Under the pieces are notes generated by a model that was given only the letters and a program-made list of their open reading frames with translations, had not been told where the DNA came from and did not search any database. The position numbers were made by a program, and so were the translations under genes. Of a stretch of DNA of 64,000 nucleotides, positions 52,331 through 64,000 are shown piece by piece. This stretch comes from Euglena gracilis. Its lineage: Eukaryota. Where the stretch lies: positions 44,619,847-44,683,846 of the forward strand of contig CP154954.1 in NCBI GenBank assembly GCA_039621445.1. The letters run 5' to 3'. How positions within the stretch are numbered: the first letter of the stretch is position 1; each line of letters starts with the position of its first letter.

Positions 52331-55300
52331 ATGGCCCTGCGCGTGGCCGCCCTCCTCCTCGCGACCCACTGCCTCGCGCTGCCCGTGTTCCCCCTCGTCG
52401 ACTTCCTGCAGCGCCTGCGCTCCGCGGAGCGCCCCGCCCTCCCGGCCTGGCCCCGCGGGCCGCTCGGGGACTCCCCTCCGCCGGGCCCCTCACCATCTCC
52501 ACAGCGCTCCCCCGTGCCGTGAAGCGAGATTGTGTGGTGCGGGGTGGTTTTATAAATGGTTCATTGTCATAAGAAATGTGTCATACCCGCCGGTACCCCC
52601 CCCTGAGCATCCCCCCAGTCAGAGGACATTTTTCCGGAGGCCCGGCACAAAGCACCAGGCCGAAAAAAAATTTTGCGTCGGGAAAATAAACCATACAAGG
52701 AGTCTCAAAAAACAACTGGAAACATTTCTCCTGGCGATTTTGGGGGCCATTGTATGCAAAGAAGGCCAAACCATGGAGGTCAAAATGGTGACAACAGGGG
52801 TGGGGCAAATTGGCCAGCCTGGACCTGCGCCCCCCCCCATATCTCCAACGTGTGTTAACCTCTGTACACAGACCGGGGGGGCAGGGGAAAAAAAGCACAA
52901 ACACGTCTTTTTTCTGTTTTTCGATTTTGGAAATATTCGTGTTTTTGGGGTTGAGTTTTTTTTTGCATTTTTTTCGATTTTTCTGAAAAATTTCTTGTTT
53001 TGATCCTGATTTTCCCCCAAAGACCAATTTTTGTCAATTTTTTTTCATTTTGTGCATTTTTGGGTCAACAAATTACATATTTTTATGCAAAATGAAAATT
53101 TTTCTGAACTTTTTTATAGGTATTCTCCGTTAAAAAGTGTATTTCCCAGGAAAGTTCCCAAAGACTTTTACATGCAATCTACGTTGTTGTGTTATTTTCC
53201 GTTTATTTGCAGCTCATTTGCGCTTTTTTGCGCAAATAAAAATCGGGGTCCCCTCTGTGCTTGTCGATTTCTCCGAAGCCTACTCGCCGGGGGGGGGGTG
53301 AGGCAGTTGCCCGGCGCAGACGAGGGAGCTTCACCCCCTCCTCCAGTTCAGCCCAAAGGCCCGGTACAACCATGTTTGATACGCATGAACGCAGGTTGGC
53401 CCCCTGTCTGTCCTGTCCGTCCTGCCTGTTCGTCGGCGCGCCGGATGGCCCCGCGCTGTGCGGATGACCTTCGCCGCGCCCCAGCCCCCGCCCCCGCCCC
53501 TCCCCTCTCCCCCGACCGCCCAGGGGGGCCCCCAGGGTCCTGGCGTTGGGGGGTGGGCGACGAGGCTTCCCCCGGAACCCGAGATTGCTTTTTTGTTTTG
53601 GTTTAACGATCAAACAGGAGGCCAAGGAGAAAGGAAGCAAGGCGCGCTCCCCCAGGCTGCCAGGGTTGGATCCAAGGAATTTTTTAAGCCAGACCTCACC
53701 CCACCCCCTCAAAAGTCCAACCAACCTGCACCTTTTTCCACCCAGCAGCTCCCATCCAGGCCACAGCTCTCCCCCCCCCAGTCCGGCAGAGCCAGGGTTG
53801 GACCGGAAAAAAAAATTGGCATTTTGCCAAGAGAAGGTGCCGAAAATGTCTTTTTGTTGGTTTTTTTAGGGGGTTTTTTTTCCTCTCAAAATTTTGGATG
53901 AAACAGTCGGGCTCTTTCGCCTGTTTTCAGGCTTCAGCAGCGGCAGCCGGCTGGACCCACCCACCTGGCCCCTCACCCCTTGGGGGATTCCTGCCAGCAT
54001 TTTTTTTCAAGCCAGCTGGCTGCCCCCCTCCCCCCCCCCCCGTGCTTAAAAAGTTCTTTGGGGATGCCCACCCTGAAGTGACGGCACTGTGTGGCACTGC
54101 CGGGCCGTTTAACCCGCATGCAACCACCTTCAATGATGTAGCGCAGTGCAGGGATTTTTTGGTCATTGTTTGACATTTCTAGCCGGAAGTGGTCAAATTG
54201 GCCCAAAAAAACAAGAAGTTGCACAAAACGACCAGAATTGCCGTGACAGCCCGAGAAAGCCAATGGTGCAAAAACAAGTGGTTTAACGGCCCGCAGTGCC
54301 ATGCAGTGCACGCAGTGCCACGCAGTGCCCACGCAGTGCCGGATGCAGTGCCACACAGTGCACACGGGCATCCCCTCTGGTTGGATCTATCCATTCATTT
54401 AACCCCTGTGTGACCCCACCCCCAGGAGGGAGGGGTTCCACGGCCAGCCCTACTGGGCCAGAGACCTCCAGCAGGGAATTGTGCAGTTCAGCTTGGAGAA
54501 GAGAACCCTCATAAATTGAACAGCTGCAAACTGCATGAAACCTTGGGGTTGGCAATAGGCCGCAGATACGGCAGAATTGGAGGCCGCGTGGGCTGAGCGA
54601 TTTAGAGTGGTGGCACTGGCTAGTCGACCTGCCGGTTGGTTGGCTTGTTGGCCGACCACGATTCGACCAACTGGTCGGTGGGGAACTGGCCAGTTGGCCA
54701 ACCAGTCGACTGACCAGCCACTCTAATGCACCAGAAGGGGGTCACCTTTTGTTTCCAAACTGCCCAAGGGCCCCAGGCCCGAACTTGAGGCTCTGTGGGG
54801 GACAGGGTTTGAGTTATGTTCAGGCTCCAGGGGGGGGGGGGCAAGCCACCCCCTCCTCGCCAAGGGTGGTCCAGACCCGGGGTGGGGGGGGGGGGTGCCC
54901 AGGACCCACTCCCCAAAAAGCGGTGTCACCTTTTTTGCCCGACAAAGGGTCCAAAGTTGCATTTTCAGTCGGTTTTGGGTGAAGTTTTTTTTCAGCCTGG
55001 CGCTCTGCACTAGGCCAAAGATCAGTCACCTGGCCCACACTGCTGCGTTGCAGGGACAGGGAGCGTTGATTGGGAGCTTTCCCCGACAGTGGTCAGGCGT
55101 GGGGGCCGGCCTGCCGCCCTCCCCAAGGCCCAGCCCCTCCCCCAGCAGGGAGGGGTGCAGCCCTCTCCTCCCCATGAGGGTTTGTGTCTTTTTTAGATCA
55201 TGGCTCATATGCGGGTTCCATTGCATGTTTGCACACAAGCAGTGGGTGTTTTCATGATAGGAGGTTAGGGGAACACCTTTTGGATTGTCCCCAAAAAATC

Positions 55301-58300
55301 CCAAGGCAGGCGCTTATTTTTGGGGTGAGTCTAGTTTTAGTTTTTGGAATTTGCTGAAATTCGGCAGGGGGTTAATTTGGGGGGGATGCCTTTCTGTCCA
55401 ATGCATTTTGATTTGATATTTCTCAAAGGTCTGGTTCTCACAAAAGGCCACCAGAAGGAAGCCACCACGTACCTCCCCTTTGACCACCCACCAACCCCCC
55501 CCCCCCACCCGAGACACTGTCAGGGCCCCCGCCACCGGCCAACCTGTCAGGGTCAAAATGTCGTGTGGGACACAGTGGAGACCCGGCTGTTGGAATTCAA
55601 GCGGGGCTTGGAACCATCAAAGTGCTGCAGCCCCCATCACCCCATCACCCATCACCCTCTCTGCCGCTGCCCGAACCCAGCCCCTCCCCCGAAGACAGCC
55701 CGGAGCCCAGCCCCGAACCGTCCCCCGAGCCCAGCCCAGAGCCCTCCCCCCAGCCCAGCCCCGAACCTTCCCCGCAGCCCAGCCCACAGCCCAGCCCCCT
55801 GCCCTCCCCCCAGCCTAGCCCCGCCCCCTCACCACAGCCCAGCCCGTCCGCCAGCCCTGAGCCCTCCCCTGAACAAGCTTCCATCTTTTTTTTTGCACAC
55901 ACATCTTTTTTTTCTTACACACAGGCATATGCATACCAAAGACAGCCCCTTGTCTGACGACCCCCCCCCCCAGTCGGAGGACAGAGATACCTGGGGCGTT
56001 GGGCAAACGAGCGGAGATTTGGCAGGCTCCTGGGTCTGCCAACCAAATGTTCACAAATTGATTTCATCCTTGTTTTTTTTGTACATATATTCATTTGGCA
56101 GCTGCCTTCTATTTGCCCCCCCCGGGGGGGAGGGGCCAAGAGAAGGCACAGGGGGGGAGTGTGTGGGGGACCCCAGGCCCAACTTTGCCATCTTTTCGGT
56201 CCGCTTCGTCCAGGAACCACCCCCTTTCAGAGCAACCGTAGCAGATGCCGGCAGGATGTGGTGTTATTTAATGGAGCAAGGTTAGGGTTAGGACCGTCGT
56301 GTCGAGAATTGCCCAGTTTTAGGAAAAAAGTTTAGACCGGAAGTTAGGTCCCTGTTTGGGCAGGTTTTTAGGGCTTCTGTCAGAATTTCTTACCAAAATT
56401 TGACCTAAATTCTGCCTAACTTCGTCTGAAACAGGTCCTGACATCTCCCTGAATTCCTGAAAATCCTCCGGGAATCCAGTCAGAACCCCAACACTATCCC
56501 GAACCATAACCCCAACTTTCCCCCGAGGTGGGACCCGGGGTCACCATACGACCCCCCCAGGACGTCGACCCGGGACAGCGCCAAAGCGTCGGCCTTGACG
56601 TTTCTGGCACAGTGGGCCTTCGGGTCCGGCGATGGTGGCGTGCTGTCCTGAGGCCAGCCCGCCCCCCAGCCCCTCACCGGCGGCCAGCCCCCTCCCCTCC
56701 CCCGAGCCCAGCCCCTCCCCGTCCCCCCAGCCCAGCCCTTCACCGGAACACAGCCCACTCCCATCCCCCGAACCGAGACCCGGCCTTCGCTGTGTGATCG
56801 GCCGTGGCAGAAATAGGGTGGGGGGCAGGCACAAAGAATGTGGTACGGGCGGGTTTCCCGCCACGCCATCCAAGGTCCGACCCCGGTGAGGGTTCAAAGC
56901 AAGTTCCGTGCTAGTGTCTGACTGTGCAGCCCAGGAACGCTGCTTTGGCTTCTTTGTAAGGTTACGGTGCGGTTGGACGGGTCCGGCCGAGTACACCTTG
57001 CCCTGAAGTCTGTCCGCTGGCATTCTCCACTTGCCTATTCCTCGGTCTGTTCCAAGCGCCGGAGTATTTCTTGCAGGCGCTGAGGAAACAGAACCAACCC
57101 CCCTCCCCAAGGATTTTCAGCTAGGCAGGCGGTGACATTTCCTGCCAGGGAACATGGACTGGCTGGAAAAAGGCTGCTGGCTGACAACCCCCCACCCCCG
57201 TAGGGGTCCTGGGCTGGAGCTGGGCACGACCCGGGGTCGAATCGGGTATAAAAATGTCCAAAAATTGCTAACTACCAATTATGCAAATAATTCGGACCCC
57301 CAAACTGCCCTTGACAGCTTATTTCCAACCCATTTTCGGCCATTTTCGACCCATTTTTGACCTTTTTTTGCCGATTTTTGAACCCCTGAAAGCGAAGAAC
57401 CCGTAATTGTCCAGCCGCCCTTTGGGCAGCTGAAAATGAAATGAATAAAACTCGTTGAGGGGGGGGGGGGGGTAGGGCGTCCAGGGCTGGAAAAAGCTGC
57501 TGGCTGGCTGGACCCCCTTGGGGGATGAGTCAAATTTCCTGAAGTCACGCCGTGTTTTCTGCTTCCCTCCCTTCTTGGGGTTCTGTGGGGCGGAGACCCG
57601 GCGGCGCCCTTCACCGGAGCCCAGCCAGGGTTTTTTTTAAGTTTGGACCGGGGGGGGATCCCCTCCCTTGGGTTCCAAAGAATCCCTGCGCCCAGCCCCT
57701 CGCCCTCGCCCTCCCCCTCCCCGCGGCCCCCCATCGTGCGGCAGGTCGCCTCCGTCCCCATCCACAACGCGGCCGCGCTGCGCGTCGAGGGCCAGTTCCG
57801 CGGCGCCGCCCGCCCCGTCGCAAACCATCGGTGACCCCCCAATCCCCTCCCCCCCCCCCCCAAGCGGGACCTGTCCGGGATGGACCGGGGTGAGAAGGAG
57901 GCGGGAGGAGACTGGCTGGCGCCTGTCAGGGACCGCGTGCATTGTGGTTGGTTGGGGGGGGGGGCATGGGGTCTCCGAAGGCGGAGGTGGGGTTTGGGTT
58001 TGCTGTGGTGCGGCCGGCAAGCGATGGTGCGCCCCAACAGCTCAACCCTCCTTGTGTCCAGGGCGGGGGCTCTCAGGGCGTGCGTGCACCCACTCTCATG
58101 GGGGGGGGGGTACATCTATTAGTCCCTCTCGGCAACGCACGCGCCTGACAATGGACGGGGGACGGCTTGCGAAACCCAGGAGTTGGACCGGCGACTTGGC
58201 TCGATGACCATGGGGTTGGCAGAACTCTGCGGGACAACTTGGGCAACGAGAGAAAGGGGTGGCCACGGGTGAGACTCGGGGGAGGAAGGGGGGGGGGACG

Positions 58301-61300
58301 GCGCCCCTGTGTGTGCCTGGGGATGCCCGGGGGCCTTGCCCAGCTTTGGGCACTTCGGTCTGAAAGATGGGACTTGTCGCGCAAATTGTGACCCTGTCGT
58401 CCATGATATAGAAATGGGTGAATGCCGCCTGCAGGGGGGGGTATGTCATCCTCAAACAGCCGCACCGGACCCGATACATTGCTGCCAGTGAAAACACAAC
58501 AAAAGGGAAGAGATACCGGAAACAAGCACACACGCAAACCCAAAAAAAGCAGCAGGGGGGAAGGGAGCATGGCCCTCGCAAAAAGCGACGCAGAACTCAC
58601 AAAAAAAAAACGGGGGCCGGGCCCTCCATTCCCGATGGGGAACGATTGGGGGTCAGCCCCCACCGTGACCGGGACCACCATCTCGGCGGTGCTGCCGGAC
58701 GCGGTGTACGTCATCCCCAACCTGGCCCAGCTGGTGGAGGGGCAGGCGGAGGACGCGGAGGGCCAGGCGGGGCCGTCTGGGTCGGGGGGGGGGGGTAGAA
58801 CCCACAAGAGCTCCAGGCACGGATAGATGGGAAGCCCTTTGGTTTGGAGGTACGTGGTCCGGACCCTCCCCCAGATGTTGGGAGGGGGGTCCAGACCCCC
58901 ACACCCCTCCTCAGCAGGTTCCAAAAAACAGTGAAAATTTTTCCTCCAGCGCTGCGTGCCAGAAAATGAGCAACAAATCACCTTTTTTCCTCACTTTTGA
59001 GCATATTGCCCATTTTTTGATGTTTTGTTGTTTCCACATGAAGAATGGTCAAAATTAGTTTTAATTACCCCCCCCCCTATGTCCAACGACCCCCCTATGT
59101 CCAATGACCACCCCCCCCCGGTCAGAGGACACCTTTTCGGAGGTTTGACCAAATTTTTCGTCCCGGCGTGAAACGCCGGGACGAAAAAATTTGCCCAAAA
59201 ATTGGCCAAAAATTTGGCTAAAGTGCCATTTTTGACACTTTTTGGACAAAAAATTGTCAAAATTGCCCAAAATTTTCGGCGCAAAGCGCCGGAAGGGAAA
59301 TTTGGGCATTTTTGGGTGGGTAGGGACCCGGGTACCCACCAACTTTCTTTTGACCCTATGTCCAACGACCACCCCCCCCCGGTCAGAGGACACCTTTTTG
59401 GTCACTACCCTATGTCCAACGACCCCCCCCCCGTCAGAGGACAGAGGTAACCGGTCATTGGACATAGGGGGGGGGGGGTAGCATTTTTGGACTCATTTTC
59501 AAAGAAAAATCAGGGATTTTCGACCAATTTTGGCCCAAACTCCAGCCCTTTGCCCGTTTACAAAGCCGAAAATTTCTGGGCCCATGTCAGTTTCGAGGTA
59601 GGAGGGGGGGTCCACCCCCCCCCCCCCTCAAGGCTTCCCATCTATCCCTGGCTCCAGGCAAGGGCATATGGACACACACATGCACACACACGCGCACAAG
59701 CACCGCACAAGTACACACACAGAGAGAGAGAGAGAGGATGCTTGGATGCAAGTGAAAACTGCATTTTGGGATTAACAGGCTCGTTGTCTGGGGGCAAAGA
59801 CGCGCTCTGAAAGGGCTCTTGACAATGGACTCTCTTTCGCCCTCCCACAAACAATCACGGGAACGCACGCTGGTTCTACTGAACCACACCGCCGAGCCCC
59901 CCTCGCACGAGACGAGACAGGGCGTGTGCCGTGGCGCCGGGGGCCACCGACCGGCGGCTCGGCCTGTGGCCCGTCCTCATCGAGCGGGTCACGTGGCCCA
60001 ACCAGGCCGCCCTCATCCCCCACGAGGTGTTCCAGCGCGAGGCCGTTCTGGTGGCCGAAGGCTTCCTCGTGCCGGGCAAGAGCACCGGTGCGCCCCTGCG
60101 CTCCCGGCAAGCGTTTCTTTCCAACTGGAGGGGGGACTCCCCCCCCAGGGGCACTCACTGAGGGGGCATCCAGCCAGCACCTTTTTCCCCAGCCAACCCA
60201 TCCAGGAGTAAAATGAAGTTGGGGCCAGCCCGGCCGTGTTGGACCAAAGTACTGTCATAGGAAAAAATAACATCTAAGCCCCTTTTAGATGCTATTTAAG
60301 CAGATGTTATTTTTTCTTCATTTGCTCCAGAAATGAAATGAAAATAGATAGGATGGATAAAATGGAAAGGATGTGGGATGGGAAAAAAAAACGAACGACT
60401 GTGGCAATCATTACTAAATGATGAGGCTGTCCATCAAGCTTGCATTCAAACAATCCTTTTAATCAATCCGTTTCATGGGTTATGCATTTCATACTCTCAC
60501 ATCAGATGTTGTTTGTTTGTGCTGGGATGCACTCAGTGTCAACTGCCTCGTTCAGCCAATTTCCCCGTTGTAGTCCAGCCTTTTCCAATCTGGGTTGCGT
60601 GATTCCAACTCTTGCAAACATACAGCATACAGCCCCAAGAGGATGCGCGGACAAGTCAGATCCCACATGCTTCAAAGCCTTGGAGCTGCAAATGCAGCTG
60701 ATGAGCTTCTGACTGTTTGAACTCAGATTCACCAGCCCTTTGCACAAGCACTGTGCGTTGTCGAAATAACCTGTTCACTTTGCCTTGGCTTTATGCATTT
60801 GGCAAGCCTCTCTGGATGTTATTTATTCAGATGTTATTTTTTTCCAGATGTTATTTATTCAGACGTTATTTTTTCTTATGACAGTAATTTCTGGCAGAAG
60901 CCCCGAAAGTTTGTGAAAGGCGGCACCTTGAGGGTTTGGGTGCATCTCAAAACTTTGTGTGAAAATTTGCCATCCCGATTTGGGGTTTTCCCGGGGGGCA
61001 AACCTGACTGCTGGCCACGCCCCGCCCCACCCCTGGGTGGGGGGAAGGGTGGTCGGCCTGCATACTTCCCCCAGCCCCCTCCCCCACGCCATGTCTCAGG
61101 GGCCATCGAGGCGTTCTTCGTGGACTCGTGCCTGCGCATCCGCCTCTCGGTGGACCACCCCGGCGCCTTCTACCGCGAGGTGAGCCCCCCCCCCCCCCCG
61201 GGCTGTGTGCCAATCCCTGATGGGGGTGGGGGGTCACCCCCCCCCCACCCACACAGGGTTGCGGGGATTCCCGTACAACCCCGGGCGCGCCTTACAATTC

Positions 61301-62480
61301 AGCCTGTCTGGGGTCGGCTCCTTTGTTTCGCACGGCAGCCAGGGGCCGACGTCATACAGGGCACCGCTGGGCATCATAAGAGGGTGGGTGGTCGGACCCT
61401 CCACCCCACCCGAGAGATGGAGGGTCTACCCCCCCACCCCCCACCGCTCAAAGACAATTCCTTCGGCGCGAAGGGCGCTGAAGGATGTTTTTGACCTAAA
61501 AATCAGCGCCCCCGGAAATATGGGAAGGTCTGGGGGTGATGGTCGGACCCCCCCCCTCCCACCAGGATGAGGCATTTCCAGTGCAGAAAGCCCATTTTTG
61601 GCCCACAACGCAAGCTGGGGGGTCAGTGCCTGCCCACCCAGGCATTCCAGGGCACTTTGAGACCCCCTCCCCCCCGGGTTGGTCAAACCCATCCTGAACC
61701 TCGGCTCTGTTTCCCCTTTGTGCCAAGCCATGCCTTCTGCTGTGTGGATTCCGGCCCGGCACAGCAGAACGGCACACCCAGGTCTGCAAGGTTCCAACAC
61801 TTTCAGCATCGGCGCATCGTGGTGGTGCCCCCCAGTCCACTCTCCCCCCCCCCAGGCCAGGTGGGTCGACATCGACGGGGACGGTCGCCTGGACGTGCTT
61901 GCTACCCGGGCCTCACGGACGTGGTTCGGGTACGACGGGGCGCTGGTGTGGCTCCGGCAGCCCGCCGACCCGCTGAAGGTGTGGCTGCCCCGCACGTTCG
62001 AATTTTGTTGCCAAAAAAAATCCATTTTCAGGACACAGCACACACTTTATTTTGGTCAATCAATTGTATTGTGGGCTCTCTGGTGCTTTTTGCGGGTGGG
62101 GGTGGCACACAATAATAAAATAATAAAATAAACAAACAAATAAATAAATAAACGGCTAAAGAAATAAATAACAAAGTAAATGGATTAATAAATAAATAAA
62201 GGGCCAGATTGACCCTGTAAAAGTACCAGCCAATTGGGATTTTTGTGCCGGCTGACCAACCTACATTGTGAAAGCAACGTCCTGGAGAAGGGCGTGTTTC
62301 ATATTTTAGCCCTGTGGCAGACAACCCTCAGATATGCATGCACCCCTTGTGCATGTCCCTCAGTGCCCCTGGGAAGAGCGCACCCTGTTTGACGGGCCGA
62401 GCAACGCATTCCTCTACACCCAGTTCGGCAACCAGTCCACCACGCCGCAAATTGTGGCGGCAAATTTGTTCAGCACCAAG
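52331..62480 (+). CDS. Partial secreted FG-GAP/VCBS-repeat (beta-propeller) protein with a Ser/Pro-rich stalk; continues downstream
   Basis: Signal-like start [16 protein letters not shown] at 52331. (SPEP/SPQP)n exons lie at about 55670-55870, 56650-56780 and 57690-57820. These are followed by about 58030-58059 (NSSTLLVS), about 58668-58760 ([10 protein letters not shown]), about 59939-60087 (VTWPNQA...[11 protein letters not shown]), 61100-61179 (GAIEAF...AFYRE), 61856-61978 ([19 protein letters not shown]...GALVWLRQP) and 62364-62480 ([12 protein letters not shown]...[11 protein letters not shown]). The last three introns are in-frame GT-AG; the N-terminal junctions are not fully resolved. 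Confidence 0.78.
59085..59480. mobile_element. TA-flanked (Tc1/mariner-like) MITE
   Basis: tacccccccccctatgtccaacgacc / ggtcattggacatagggggggggggta; internal repeats of cctatgtccaacgacc. Confidence 0.7.
60250..60887. mobile_element. TA-flanked (Tc1/mariner-like) non-autonomous element
   Basis: TIRs tactgtcataggaaaaaataac / gttattttttcttatgacagta; subterminal cagatgttattt repeats. Confidence 0.72.
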
Positions 62481-62787
62481 GTTAGTGCGCTTTGTGTGTG
62501 GTTATGTGGGGTGTCGGAAGCGTGTATGCATTATGTTTGTCGCTCTTTGGTCTGTGTGGGTGTTTGGTTGTGGTGTTTGGTTGTATTTGCATGCATGTGC
62601 GTGTATGTTGGGTGCGTGCATTGGGTGCATGTGTGCGTGCATGCGTGCATGCGTGTTTGTGTGTGGGTGTGCGTGTTGTGTGTGTTTGTCTGTGTGTGTC
62701 TGTTGGGTGTGTATCTGTGTGTGTGTGTGTGTGTTGTGTGTGTGTGTGTGTGTGTGTTGTGTTGTGTGTGTGTGCGCGCGCGTCGTG

Positions 62788-62825
<38 letters not shown>

Positions 62826-63123
62826 GGTGGGTGGGTGGGTGGGTGGAGGGGGGGGTGGGTTGGTGGGTGGGTGTGTGGGGGGGTGGGTGGTTGGGTGTGT
62901 GTGTGTGTTGTGTGTGGTAACAGGTAACTACAAAACACTGTATCCGTAGGTGCAGGTGCGTTGTAGATTGATTGATGCACTTGTTGTGTGATTTTATCCC
63001 ACTGCTGTGCAGATGCGCTTGTGTGGGATGTGGTTTTTTTTTGGATATGATTGTTTGTTTGTATGCCTCCAACATTAATAACTTTACGTTACAAAACCAA
63101 GGATCTTTTCGGAGTTGGCAGCA

Positions 63124-63892
<769 letters not shown>

Positions 63893-64000
63893 GCGCACAA
63901 GTGCACATGCGCTGATCTCTCTCCAAGCTGGGTGTCAGACCCTCATCAGGATGTGCCGTCTGGGCCACCAAGTGGTGGGCGTCCCTATCCATGGCAGGAC

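Noticed and set aside
51738-53003. 421-aa Pro-rich ORF
   Set aside because: It derives from the 11-bp repeat MITE plus out-of-frame and intronic sequence.
56281-56292. Telomere-like gttagggttagg
   Set aside because: Only two units, lying at the edge of a dispersed repeat.

Overview
This is eukaryotic, GC-rich, microsatellite- and MITE-dense genomic DNA. It has the hallmarks of a euglenid nucleus (Euglena-like; inferred from intron type): most introns lack GT-AG ends, and their two ends base-pair with each other, with intron position +4..+6 (often CAG) pairing with -8..-6 (often CTG). The naive ORF track is therefore mostly noise. Splicing by hand gives four + strand genes. (1) A partial His/Glu/Lys-rich repeat protein gene (about 393-6400, 27-nt HEEHKEGER units). 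(2, 3) Two tandem paralogous papain-family (C1A) cysteine protease genes (17511-30162, 14 exons, 453 aa; 35900-45932, 13 exons, 461 aa), each with a signal peptide, intact Q/C/H/N catalytic residues and an unusual C-terminal transmembrane helix. (4) A partial secreted FG-GAP/VCBS beta-propeller protein with a Ser/Pro stalk (52331 to beyond 62480). Introns and spacers contain many non-autonomous DNA transposons, notably hAT-type elements with CAG...CTG termini and 8-bp target-site duplications (TSDs). The most interesting inference is that the non-conventional intron geometry (3 nt + CAG...CTG + 5 nt) is exactly what would cleanly remove such an element plus one 8-bp TSD. One paralog-specific intron has termini resembling a local hAT MITE family, which suggests intron creation by hAT elements. 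All exon boundaries were placed by eye, and some lie in homopolymers (+/-1-2 nt).
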